The notes below the pieces were generated by a model. The model saw nothing but the letters and a program-made list of their open reading frames with translations. It made no database searches and was not told the origin of the DNA. From the NCBI GenBank assembly GCA_963845145.1, contig CAWJQU010000004.1:504684-568683 (forward strand): a DNA stretch of 64,000 nucleotides. Reading direction: 5' to 3'. Every line of letters begins with the position of its first letter. Within the stretch, counting starts at the first letter, position 1. A program made the position numbers and the translations under genes. Of this stretch, positions 43,954-53,296 are shown one piece after another. The stretch is from an uncultured delta proteobacterium (GTDB taxonomy: Bacteria; Desulfobacterota; Desulfobacteria; Desulfobacterales; QNYZ01).

Positions 43954-44124
43954 ATGGGTAAATGTTCCTGCCACCCCGAAATCGAAACGCCCTATAAATG
44001 CCAGAAGCATGACATTTATCTTTGCGAAGATTGCCTTAAATGCCGGGATCCGGAGATATATTGTAAATTCAGAACGTCGTGCCCCATCTGGTTTCTCAAT
44101 AAAAAAGGGATAGAGGCGTGGTAG
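43954..44124 (+). CDS. Small Cys/His-rich (zinc-finger-like) protein
   Basis: MGKCSCHPE...CQKH..YLCEDCLKCRDP..YCKFRTSCPI; between trxA and the transporter. Confidence 0.7.
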   Translation: MGKCSCHPEIETPYKCQKHDIYLCEDCLKCRDPEIYCKFRTSCPIWFLNKKGIEAW

Positions 44125-44158
44125 ACAAAACGGATCATATGAAAGGGAGCCGCCAACG

Positions 44159-45151
44159 ATGTGGAGCGTTTTTCAAAAGTTAAACAAACATTTAACTATT
44201 GCCATTCCGGTTATGATGGTACTGGGTTTTGCCTACGGTATTTTTTATGATGCTGGTTTTTTAAAAGGCCTGATTGTCCCTTTCACCTTTTTGATGGTCT
44301 ATCCGATGATGGTGACCCTTAAAATAAAAAAGGTGTTAACCGGTGGCGACGGTAAAGCCCAGTGGCTAACGCAGCTAATCAATTTTGGCATCATCCCCTT
44401 CATTGCCTTTGGCCTGGGAGCCCTCTTTTTTAAACGTGAACCCTATATGGCACTGGGCTTGCTTTTGGCTGGGTTGGTGCCAACCAGCGGAATGACAATA
44501 TCCTGGACCGGGTTTGCCAAGGGTAATGTTGAAGCGGCGGTCAAAATGACCGTGATTGGTTTGACTATTGGCAGTGTGGCTACCCCATTTTATGTGAAAT
44601 ATCTGATGGGTGCTGAAATCGAGGTCAACATACTGGCGGTAATGAAACAAATTGTTTTCATCGTGTTCTTGCCCATGGTTGCCGGATTTATCACCCAGCA
44701 ATGGCTAATTAAACGCTATGGTCAGCGGCACTTTAAGACCAAGCTGGCTCCGCGTTTTCCGGCTTTGTCCACTTTAGGGGTGCTGGGCATCGTGTTTATC
44801 GCTATCTCTCTAAAGGCACGCAGTATTCAAAGTAACCCTCAGTTGCTTTTATATATCTTGATGCCATTGATACTTATCTATTCGATTAATTATATCATCA
44901 GCACCGTTGTGGGGAAAATAAGTTTATCGCGTGATGATGCCATCGCTTTGGTATACGGGTCGGTGATGCGTAATCTCTCGATCGCATTGGCGATAGCCAT
45001 TAATGCCTTTGGCGCCAAAGGCTCCAGCGCGGCACTGGTCGTGGCTATCGCCTATATAATACAGGTCCAATCTGCCGCCTGGTATGTACGTTTTACCGAT
45101 ACGATTTACGGGCCGGCTAAGCCCACCGGCGAATTGGTTTCTGGAAATTAA
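44159..45151 (+). CDS. ACR3/bile acid:sodium symporter family transporter
   Basis: FLMVYPMM, VPTSGMTISWTGFAKGN, VMRNLSIALAIA; about 10 TM segments. Confidence 0.82.
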   Translation: MWSVFQKLNKHLTIAIPVMMVLGFAYGIFYDAGFLKGLIVPFTFLMVYPMMVTLKIKKVLTGGDGKAQWLTQLINFGIIPFIAFGLGALFFKREPYMALGLLLAGLVPTSGMTISWTGFAKGNVEAAVKMTVIGLTIGSVATPFYVKYLMGAEIEVNILAVMKQIVFIVFLPMVAGFITQQWLIKRYGQRHFKTKLAPRFPALSTLGVLGIVFIAISLKARSIQSNPQLLLYILMPLILIYSINYIISTVVGKISLSRDDAIALVYGSVMRNLSIALAIAINAFGAKGSSAALVVAIAYIIQVQSAAWYVRFTDTIYGPAKPTGELVSGN

Positions 45152-45223
45152 AACAACGAACCCTGTTTTTTATATATATGGCTCAACGTCTACTGGCAAT
45201 AGCCCCTTACCAGGCATGTGGGC

Positions 45224-45646
45224 CTATTTACCGTAGAGTTTTTTCCAGGGTTTGCGGCTTTTAGCATTGAAATCGGCCAGCGCCTTGTAAAAGGCGCCCA
45301 CCGCCAACTCTGCGCAGTGGTGGTGATCCGGAGGCAGCGTTTCTAAGTAAGTGACCACATCTTCGGTGGTGATCTCCCAGGCTTCGGCGGTGGTTCTGCC
45401 TTCTGCCAAAATGGCCACGGTATTGGTGCAGGCGTTGGTGTTCAGGCACCCCTCCACCCGCATCGATACCGAACCAATACGGCCGTTTTTCACCTTTAAA
45501 AACAATTCGACCGTATCGCCGCAGGATCCGGTGCGTTTGCCGCGACCGTCTGGTTGAGCCACGGTTTCGTACCGATCCGAGCAATAGGCGAGTTCGAGAA
45601 ATTGTTTGGAATGGTCCTGCCAGAAATTGAATGGTTTGTCCGTCAT
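45224..45646 (-). CDS. IscU/NifU-like Fe-S scaffold domain protein
   Basis: GSCGDTVELFL, GCLNTNAC, LPPDHHHCAELA. Confidence 0.88.
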   Translation of the reverse strand: MTDKPFNFWQDHSKQFLELAYCSDRYETVAQPDGRGKRTGSCGDTVELFLKVKNGRIGSVSMRVEGCLNTNACTNTVAILAEGRTTAEAWEITTEDVVTYLETLPPDHHHCAELAVGAFYKALADFNAKSRKPWKKLYGK

Positions 45647-45773
45647 TTTTGGTGAGTCGCCATTGGTCAGTTTTTATAAAGGGTTACTTTCGATGGATGC
45701 TTCACCTTTAAGGCCATATAAAAAATCTGTACAATAGTAAAGTACCACCAACGCTGTTTTTAACCAAAAAGGA

Positions 45774-46199
45774 GTGACAATGCCAATGGAAATCACCTTT
45801 CCCGGTGGAAAAAAAGTCAATGCCAACTATAAAGGATTTGTCATTGAAACCGATCAACCCAAAGAGGATGGGGGCGAGGGGAGTGCTCCGGAACCGAATG
45901 CCCTGTTTTTATCCGCAATGGGGACGTGTGCCGGCGTCTATGTATTGTATTTTTGTCATGAGCGTGGCATCGATACGACAGGCCTCAAGATGGATGTGGA
46001 ATTCGATAAAAACGAGAAAAAGCACCTGGTGGAGAGGGTTCGCATGCATATCCATTTACCGCCGGGATTTCCGGAAAAGTACCGCGCTTCGGTTGTAAAG
46101 GTGGCCGGACTGTGCACGGTGAAACGAAACATTTTCGATCCCCCGGAATTTATCATTGAGGCCGATATTCAGGAGAAAACCGATGCCGATTCCCGGTAA
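45774..46199 (+). CDS. OsmC family protein
   Basis: TDQPKEDGGEGSAPEP...MGTCAG...LCTVKR (ATG alternatives at 45780/45786). Confidence 0.88.
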   Translation: MTMPMEITFPGGKKVNANYKGFVIETDQPKEDGGEGSAPEPNALFLSAMGTCAGVYVLYFCHERGIDTTGLKMDVEFDKNEKKHLVERVRMHIHLPPGFPEKYRASVVKVAGLCTVKRNIFDPPEFIIEADIQEKTDADSR

Positions 46200-47205
46200 T
46201 CTTTTAACCACGGCCATGGCGGTGATGCCCCATACGGATCCAAAACGCGCCCTTGAGGTGGCCCTGACCATGGATGTGCCTTTTTGGCCGCAATTACCCA
46301 ATTTCGACTACCGTGAAGACATGTATGTGCAAGCTGCCGAACATTTCCCCGGTATCCTCCTCGATCTGAAGGGTCGTACCGTGCGGTTTTCCATGGATAA
46401 ATTTATCATGGAACTGGAAGATGCCATGGACCATTTTGATGATCCAACCTATTTTGATATCAGCGAAAGTTATTCCGCTGTGTACCACGCTTTTTTAGAT
46501 ATGGATTTGTCGGATCGGCCGGCGATTCGGGGGCAGTTGGAAGGGCCGATCAGTTTTGGTTTCAATATTCTCGACCAGGATGAGCGTCCGATTATATTTG
46601 AAGACACCGTCCGTTCTTTCATGCTCGAGTTTATGGCGAAACGAATCAATGTGCAGCTCGATCGGTTAAAAGTGCTCAACCCCAATGCGTTTATGTTTGT
46701 CGATGAGCCCGGCCTTCAATTCCTTTTTTCGGCCATGGCCGGATATGGCGACCATAAAGCCAAGGAAGACCTTGATCTGTTTTTTTCAATGGTTGAACGC
46801 CCGCGGGGGATCCACCTTTGTGGAAACCCGGATTGGGATTTTCTGTTGGGGTTGGATCTGGAAATCCTGTCCCTCGATATCTATACCAACGCTGAGATCT
46901 TCTCCTCCTACGCACCATCCATCAAACGATTTCTGGATAATGACGGCGTCATTGCCTGGGGAATTGTTCCCACCGGCTTCGAAACCTTTGAAAAAGAGGG
47001 GATCGACTCTCTAACCGCCCAGCTGGAAAATGTCTGGAAAATTCTGTGGGACAAGGGGATCGACCGGGATCATATGCTGGAAAAGAGCATGCTTTCTCCC
47101 GCCACCTGCTGTCTGGTTAATCCGGATCTTGAGAAAACGGTTGAAAAAGCCTTCGCCTCAGTTCGAGAACTGTCTACGATACTTCGTGAAAAATATCGTG
47201 TTTAA
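46183..47205 (+). CDS. Cobalamin-independent methionine synthase core-like protein
   Basis: ATG after AGGAG; PFWPQLP, GQLEGPIS, FVDEP, GIHLCGN, AWGIVPT, SPATC. Confidence 0.65.
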   Translation: MPIPGNLLTTAMAVMPHTDPKRALEVALTMDVPFWPQLPNFDYREDMYVQAAEHFPGILLDLKGRTVRFSMDKFIMELEDAMDHFDDPTYFDISESYSAVYHAFLDMDLSDRPAIRGQLEGPISFGFNILDQDERPIIFEDTVRSFMLEFMAKRINVQLDRLKVLNPNAFMFVDEPGLQFLFSAMAGYGDHKAKEDLDLFFSMVERPRGIHLCGNPDWDFLLGLDLEILSLDIYTNAEIFSSYAPSIKRFLDNDGVIAWGIVPTGFETFEKEGIDSLTAQLENVWKILWDKGIDRDHMLEKSMLSPATCCLVNPDLEKTVEKAFASVRELSTILREKYRV

Positions 47206-47299
47206 CCTTAAATAACCATAATTCTCTTGAATCTTTTCTGATTTATGAGAATATATCTTTTTGCAGAAATAAAAAAACAGACTTTTCGGACTTTTGCCC

Positions 47300-48730
47300 A
47301 TGACTTTTGAAGCCGTGATAGGGCTGGAAGTACATGCCCAGCTGAAAACGAAAACAAAAATATTTTGCGGGTGCGACACGGAATTCGGCGCGCCGCCCAA
47401 TACCCACTGCTGCCCGGTATGTCTGGGCATGCCAGGCGTTTTGCCTGTATTAAACCGCAAAGTTGTGGACTATACCCTGCGGACCGCCCTGGCGACAAAT
47501 TGTCGAATAAACGCCATGAGCCGCTTTGCGCGCAAAAACTATTTTTACCCGGACCTGCCCAAAGGGTATCAGATTTCCCAGTATGAATTACCCATCGCGG
47601 AAGAAGGGGTCGTAGATATCGTCGTGGACGGGCGCACCAAACGGATCGGTATCACCCGGATTCACATGGAAGAAGATGCCGGCAAGCTGATCCATGATCC
47701 GGACCGGGACCAGAGCCGGGTCGATTTTAACCGGACCGGGGTTCCCCTGATGGAAATCGTCAGTGAGCCGGATATGCGATCACCGGAAGAGGCGGGGGCC
47801 TATTTGCGCCAACTGCGCTCGATTTTGCGGTATATCGGGGTTTGTGACGGGAACATGGAGGCGGGCAGTTTTCGATGCGACGCCAATGTGTCCATTCGCC
47901 CCAAGGGGTCAAAGCCCTTGGGCACGCGGGCCGAACTGAAAAATCTCAATTCTTTCAGGCATGTGGAAAAAGCCCTGGTCTATGAAATTCGGCGGCAGGA
48001 AGAGATTGTCGCCGACGGCGGACAAGTGATTCAACAGACGCGCCTGTGGAACCCGGAGCAAAACCGGACCCATGGCATGCGGGGTAAAGAGGAAGCCCAC
48101 GATTATCGTTATTTTCCCGATCCCGATCTCCTGCCTCTGGTGATTGATGACGACTGGATTAAGCGCACATCCGATACGTTGCCGGAACTACCCGATGCGA
48201 AACAGACCCGCTTTGTTTCCCAATACGGTTTGCCGGCCTACGATGCGCAGTTATTGACGAACAGCCGGGAACTCGCCGATTTTTTCGAGGCCTGTTTAAA
48301 ATGGTGTGATAACGCCAAGCTGGTCAGCAACTGGGTTATGGGTGACTTGATCGGGTTTCTTAATACCGAGGATAAAACCATTGATCAATCACCGGTGAGC
48401 GCTGAAAATTTGGGGAAGATGTTACGGTTGGTTGACGCGGACACCATCAGCGGCAAGATTGCTAAAACCGTCTTTGCTGAAATGGCGGTAACGGGTCAAT
48501 CGCCCGGAGAGATCATTGACGCTAAAGGGTTGGCCCAGGTTAGTGATGCCGGTACCTTAGAGACAATGGTTAAACAGGTTCTGGATGACAACCCGTCTCA
48601 GGTAACCGATTATAAAAATGGAAAAAGCCAGATTTTGGGATTTTTTGTGGGGCAGGTCATGAAGATGACCAAAGGCCAGGCCAATCCTAAAATGGTCAAT
48701 ACGCTTTTAAAAAAATATTTGGATTCATGA
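47300..48730 (+). CDS. gatB: Asp/Glu-tRNA amidotransferase subunit B
   Basis: [57 protein letters not shown]. Confidence 0.97.
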   Translation: MTFEAVIGLEVHAQLKTKTKIFCGCDTEFGAPPNTHCCPVCLGMPGVLPVLNRKVVDYTLRTALATNCRINAMSRFARKNYFYPDLPKGYQISQYELPIAEEGVVDIVVDGRTKRIGITRIHMEEDAGKLIHDPDRDQSRVDFNRTGVPLMEIVSEPDMRSPEEAGAYLRQLRSILRYIGVCDGNMEAGSFRCDANVSIRPKGSKPLGTRAELKNLNSFRHVEKALVYEIRRQEEIVADGGQVIQQTRLWNPEQNRTHGMRGKEEAHDYRYFPDPDLLPLVIDDDWIKRTSDTLPELPDAKQTRFVSQYGLPAYDAQLLTNSRELADFFEACLKWCDNAKLVSNWVMGDLIGFLNTEDKTIDQSPVSAENLGKMLRLVDADTISGKIAKTVFAEMAVTGQSPGEIIDAKGLAQVSDAGTLETMVKQVLDDNPSQVTDYKNGKSQILGFFVGQVMKMTKGQANPKMVNTLLKKYLDS

Positions 48731-48755
48731 TCGCTCATCTTTTTTCAATGGAGAA

Positions 48756-50519
48756 TTGATGCGAGCGGTCAGAGCAATGGTTAGGTATCGGAGGTTTCTC
48801 TTGAAAAAAACCGTAATAAGACTCGTTGTTATACTGTCTATTCTGGGCATGCTTGCCGTTCCGGCCGTTCAGGCTTCTTCCGATGCTATCAAGCTGGCCA
48901 TCCTGCCTTTTAAGGTCAATGCGGATCGGGATTTAACTTTTCTTCAGAAAGGTATCGTGGACATGCTGAGGTCCCGGCTAAGCCGTCCGGGAGAGGTGGA
49001 AATTTTGGATAGCCGGGCCATGCTGCCGGCACTTGAATCCCTTGTGGGTGATATCGATGTGGTGACAGCCAAAGAAATCGGCAGACAGTTGGGCGTGGAC
49101 CGCGTTTTGTTCGGGAGTATCACGTCCATTGGTGAGGCGGTGAGTATCGATACCCGGGTCATAGACATTAATACTCCGGATATTAACAATGAGGCACCAG
49201 CCAAACCTTTTTATGTCCAGGCCGATACCCTGGGAGAGGTGATTCCCAAAATTGATAGGCTGACGGCTGAAATCAACCATCAGATATTCGGTTTGGAAAT
49301 GAAAGCCAAGGCGCCGGAGCCGGTTCCTGCGCCTTCGCCACCGGCAACATCGTACCGCACGCATCCTGAGAAGCAGTTTATCGGGAAAAAACCAACACCG
49401 GTTTCACCCGGCACATCACCTGTCTCGAAAAAGGATACTGGCTCGACAGAGGGCGTGGGAACGGGTTCGCAAACCGGGCCCTTTATTGAACCGATACAAC
49501 CGCAGGCAGGGCAGTTCTGGCGAAGCCAGACGTTTAAAGAGCCGTTAAATGGGTTGGCCATCGGCGATGTGGATGGCGATGGTAAAAATGAGACGATTCT
49601 GATTTCTGACCATCAGCTTCTTATCTATCGGTTTGAGCAGGGGCGATTGGTAAAAGTCAGTGAAACCAAAAAAGATCGCAGCCGGGTTTATGTTGGGATT
49701 GATATCGCCGATATTAATGCCAACGGCCGGTCTGAAATATTCATTAGCGCCCTTGATCTGAATAAAAACAAGGTGCGCTCCTTGATCATGGAATTCGATG
49801 GCCTGACTTATACGACAGTGGAAAAGGACAGCCCTTGGTATTACCGGGTGTCGACCGCCCCGAATAAGGAGATGATCCTCCTGGGCCAAAAACCAGTCAA
49901 AGAAGATCCCTATGCCTCCGCCGTATATCAACTTGACTGGAATGGGCGCCATTATGAGCCCGGCCGGCTACTCGTACCGAAAAAAAAGACCAATGCACTG
50001 GGTTGTGCGGTTGGAGACTTGCTAAATGATGGAAAAATGACCGTGGCGGCTTTCAGTGACAGTGACGCCGTTCAGATCTTTGATGACAACGGCCATTTGT
50101 TGAACAGTGTCAGTGACGGATACGGCGGTAACTTGTTGGCCGTCAATATGCCGGTCGAGAGTCGGGGCGAGCCACCACCACTTCGTTATTTACCGATGCG
50201 GATGGTGATAAACGATCTGAACGGTGATGGCCTGAATGAGTTGGTGGTGGCAAAAAACAAGGAGTTTGCCGGTAAACACCTGGCACGTTTGCGAATGTTT
50301 ACCAAAACGCAAATCGTTGGATTGAACTGGGATGGGGCCGGAATGGGAGAAATCTGGCAAACCCGTCAATTGACCGGTCGGGTAGCGGATATCGCCATTG
50401 CGGATCTGGAAGGCGACGGCCGGCAGGACATGGTGGCCGTCCTCGTTACCAAAGAGGGGCGGTTGGTGGGCACCAAGGCGAAGATTAATCTGATAGCCTA
50501 TCCGTTGGAAAGCAAATGA
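48756..50519 (+). CDS. Secreted FG-GAP/VCBS-repeat protein with N-terminal TolB/CsgG-like domain
   Basis: Signal peptide; repeated GDVDGDG, ADINANG, NDLNGDG, ADLEGDG motifs; true start may be somewhat downstream. Confidence 0.8.
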   Translation: MMRAVRAMVRYRRFLLKKTVIRLVVILSILGMLAVPAVQASSDAIKLAILPFKVNADRDLTFLQKGIVDMLRSRLSRPGEVEILDSRAMLPALESLVGDIDVVTAKEIGRQLGVDRVLFGSITSIGEAVSIDTRVIDINTPDINNEAPAKPFYVQADTLGEVIPKIDRLTAEINHQIFGLEMKAKAPEPVPAPSPPATSYRTHPEKQFIGKKPTPVSPGTSPVSKKDTGSTEGVGTGSQTGPFIEPIQPQAGQFWRSQTFKEPLNGLAIGDVDGDGKNETILISDHQLLIYRFEQGRLVKVSETKKDRSRVYVGIDIADINANGRSEIFISALDLNKNKVRSLIMEFDGLTYTTVEKDSPWYYRVSTAPNKEMILLGQKPVKEDPYASAVYQLDWNGRHYEPGRLLVPKKKTNALGCAVGDLLNDGKMTVAAFSDSDAVQIFDDNGHLLNSVSDGYGGNLLAVNMPVESRGEPPPLRYLPMRMVINDLNGDGLNELVVAKNKEFAGKHLARLRMFTKTQIVGLNWDGAGMGEIWQTRQLTGRVADIAIADLEGDGRQDMVAVLVTKEGRLVGTKAKINLIAYPLESK

Positions 50520-50563
50520 TACGTGTCGCTTTGGCGGCCCCCAATGACTAGGCGTTAAGTCAC

Positions 50564-50590
50564 GTTGGGTTGAATGCAATGAAACCCAAC
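50564..50590. repeat. REP-like hairpin
   Basis: GTTGGGTT-GAATGCAATGA-AACCCAAC downstream of a stop codon. Confidence 0.5.
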
Positions 50591-50828
50591 AAGAATTGAT
50601 AGCCTGGCGTACCCGTTGCATCTGATTACATCAATCCGTCTTATGGGACGGCGCCCGGTTTGGGTGTTTGGGCTCTGTCGGATAAGTACCCGTGAATTAT
50701 GCAAGAAGCCGCCCCGAATAGCGGGATCTTACGACAAGGGGCATGACCGGTTGTAAATCCGCCTTTAGAGGGCTATATTATCAAACCTCACGGGGCCCGC
50801 CGTTTTTTTATTGGACTTCTTTTCTTCG

Positions 50829-51170
50829 TTATTCACCAAGGATTTTCTGTAAAGCCTGACTTAGGGCGGCTTTGTCTTCACCACCGAGTTGGCCCAACTT
50901 TTTTAGGACAAGTCCCTTTTCTATTGTAGCGCAGATCGGCTTTATCACGGAGGGTTTTAAAAGGCCGGCCTTTTTCCACTGGCTGATCGGCGTATCCCCG
51001 TAATACCCGGCAGAACGCATCTGGCTGGTTATGGCCATAAGGATAATATCCGGTCGTTGGCGGTTGTAGGCACCTCAACTGATAATGACGGCCGGACGTT
51101 TTTTAACGGTGGACTGATCGGTGAAAGGAAAGGGTACCAGGATGATATCACCGAACCTATAATCGGTCAT
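50829..51170 (-). pseudogene. PemK/MazF-family toxin with internal nonsense codon
   Basis: MTDYRFGDIILVPFPFTDQSTVKKRPAVIIS-TGA(51075-51077)-GAYNRQRPDIILMAITSQ...AGLLKPSVIK in one frame. Confidence 0.85.
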
Positions 51171-51378
51171 ACACTTCGTCCTCGGTATTGTCCCAAACCT
51201 TTTCAAATGCATTTGCGGCCAGCGTGTTGCCGGCTTTAAGTAAACGGGTATCGCGATCCTTTTGGCTGATAAAGTCCACAAAGTCGACCACTTCGGTCAC
51301 CTTGTCCGGCGAAAGCGTTCGGATCTTTTGGATAATGCTTTTTTCCTGGTCGCTTGTCGGTGTTAGGTCCTGTTGCAT
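51157..51378 (-). CDS. Putative antitoxin (DUF2281-like)
   Basis: 73 aa; EVVDFVDFISQK and acidic C-terminus VWDNTEDEVYDRL; overlaps the toxin start. Confidence 0.75.
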   Translation of the reverse strand: MQQDLTPTSDQEKSIIQKIRTLSPDKVTEVVDFVDFISQKDRDTRLLKAGNTLAANAFEKVWDNTEDEVYDRL

Positions 51379-51399
51379 AGGTCGTCCTCATACAAAAGT

Positions 51400-51522
51400 T
51401 TAACCGTGTGCAGCATAGGTTTTTCTTGCCTTGGCGTCTCTTAGCAGGCTGTCGAGCACGTGTACAATGGTTTTTTGCTCCTCCGTGCCCAAGGCCTGGA
51501 TCTCCATTATGCGTTTAAGCAT
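51400..51522 (-). pseudogene. Short ORF resembling the C-terminal tail of an XRE-type regulator
   Basis: MLKRIMEIQALGTEEQKTIVHVLDSLLRDAKARKTYAAHG; no HTH portion. Confidence 0.4.
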
Positions 51523-51716
51523 GGCCTTAAAATATTAAATATCAATTCATTTGATAATAATAAGCCAATATCTATCATTTTAAAGTGATAGGCAATCCCC
51601 TATGTGATTGACAGACCATCACCGATTAGTCATTTTGGTAAATGATCCTGACGTGTAGTATAAAAATCAGCTCATCAATTAAATAAAGAGGGTGAAAAAT
51701 AATCTTGCAATAGGGT

Positions 51717-52811
51717 TTAAAGCAGGTTTTCGATGGTCGCCTTCTTTTTTAGCCCATCAATATATGCTTTGATCGATTCGTTTGTCTTTTGCTGCTTTAA
51801 ATGTTCGCCGATTTTTTCCTTTACCTCTTCAAAGGCAATGGTGCTTTCCGCTTTTTTTTCGGTCACACGGATCAAATGATAACCGAATTGGGTTTTGACG
51901 ATATCGCTCGTCTCCCCCGGTTTAAGGCCAAAAGCCGCTTCTTCAAATGGTTTCACCATCTGTCCCCGCCCAAAAAAGCCCAGGTCGCCCCCGTTTTTAC
52001 CACTGGGACCTTCAGAGAGCTCTTTGGCCAGCGCTGTAAAGTCTTCACCCGCCGTGACACGTTCCTGGACCTTCTTTATTTTTTCGAGGGCTTCTTTTTG
52101 CTTAGCCTCATCATCCTTGGCGTCTGACTTGATCAGGATATGCCGGGCCTGCACCTGCTCGGGTTGTTTGAAGAACTTGGGGTTTGAATCGTAAAATGTG
52201 CGACGATCCGCATCGGTTATATTAATTTTCGAAGAAACCTGCGCTTTGATGAGGGATTCGACGGCCAGGCCTTTCTGTGTTTTTTCCTTCAGTTCGGTTT
52301 CGGATACATTGAGCTCTTTAAGCGCTTTTTCATACGCCTCGGGCGCTGGAAATTGAGACTTGAATTTGGTCATATGCTCGGTCACCGATGCGTCGGGAAT
52401 GTCGATTTTTTGCTCACGGCTCTCCTGGAGCAGGATTTCCATGTCGATGAGCTGATTCAGTACCTGTTGGTCCATCTTTGCGGCGGTATTCTCCGGTACG
52501 GGACGACCTTGGCTTGCCATTCGACTTTTAACCCGCGCGACTTCATTCTCCAGCTCTTGGCGCGTGATAATCGTGCCGTTAACCACGGCCACCTGCTCTT
52601 TTTTGGCATCGACTTTGGTTTCAGCTTTCGGTTCGGCCTTTGTTTTCGTGTCTTTGGTATCTGTTGTTTGGGTCTCGACGGCTTTAGAACCGGTCGTTTT
52701 AGAATCAGCCGCTTTGGAATCGGCCACCGCTTGAATAGGAATGGCGGTCAATAAGGCCAGGCAGATGGTTATGATTGCGCGTCGAATGGTACAAAAAGAG
52801 TGCCTATGCAT
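51717..52811 (-). CDS. PpiC-type peptidyl-prolyl isomerase (SurA/PrsA-like)
   Basis: Signal peptide; VAVVNG, ARHILIK, GGDLGFFGRGQMVKPFEEAAF, KTQFGYHLI. Confidence 0.93.
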   Translation of the reverse strand: MHRHSFCTIRRAIITICLALLTAIPIQAVADSKAADSKTTGSKAVETQTTDTKDTKTKAEPKAETKVDAKKEQVAVVNGTIITRQELENEVARVKSRMASQGRPVPENTAAKMDQQVLNQLIDMEILLQESREQKIDIPDASVTEHMTKFKSQFPAPEAYEKALKELNVSETELKEKTQKGLAVESLIKAQVSSKINITDADRRTFYDSNPKFFKQPEQVQARHILIKSDAKDDEAKQKEALEKIKKVQERVTAGEDFTALAKELSEGPSGKNGGDLGFFGRGQMVKPFEEAAFGLKPGETSDIVKTQFGYHLIRVTEKKAESTIAFEEVKEKIGEHLKQQKTNESIKAYIDGLKKKATIENLL

Positions 52812-52961
52812 CTGGTTAATCCTTTGTTTTTGAGTATAAGGGAGTCGGTATATAATCCTATTTTAGTTCCTGGCGCCAATTGCATGCCCATTGCATGCGC
52901 ACGGCGTCGTTTTTTTAATATAGGTAACATATGAATATGCTGGCGTAAAATGATTTTTAAC

Positions 52962-53113
52962 GAGCCAATTTCAAAACGTCATGGATTTTCCAATCTCTGC
53001 GTCCGGCTCAAATTTATATTCTCGAAATACCCAATGTATTCTAATGGTTGATCCGCCCGAGGCGGATTTCCATCCTTGACCTTAAACAAAGTTAAACGTT
53101 TTGAAAATGGCTC
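52962..53113. mobile_element. MITE-like element with terminal inverted repeats and 4-bp target duplication
   Basis: GAGCCAATTTCAAAACGT ... ACGTTTTGAAAATGGCTC (18-bp TIR, 1 mismatch) flanked by TAAC on both sides (52958-52961, 53114-53117); internal hairpin ATCCGCC-CGA-GGCGGAT. Confidence 0.75.
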
Positions 53114-53296
53114 TAACGCCTTGCGAAAACCATCACTGGTCGCCGATGTTTCATGGCAGACGATAGAGCGCTTGACCAAAAAACCGGTTGTTGACACAGC
53201 CGGGGATTTGACAGTATGCCAACAGCAAGAGAAATGCGAAATCCTCAGCCATGGGTGGATTCAAAAGCCGTCAATTGAATATTTGGGAGTGAAATC

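Noticed and set aside
44159..45151. Arsenic-resistance operon
   Set aside because: Family membership only; no arsR, arsC or arsA nearby
51075..51077. Selenocysteine read-through of the in-frame TGA in the toxin
   Set aside because: The position is not a Cys/redox site in PemK/MazF proteins and no convincing SECIS hairpin was seen; TCA>TGA nonsense is simpler
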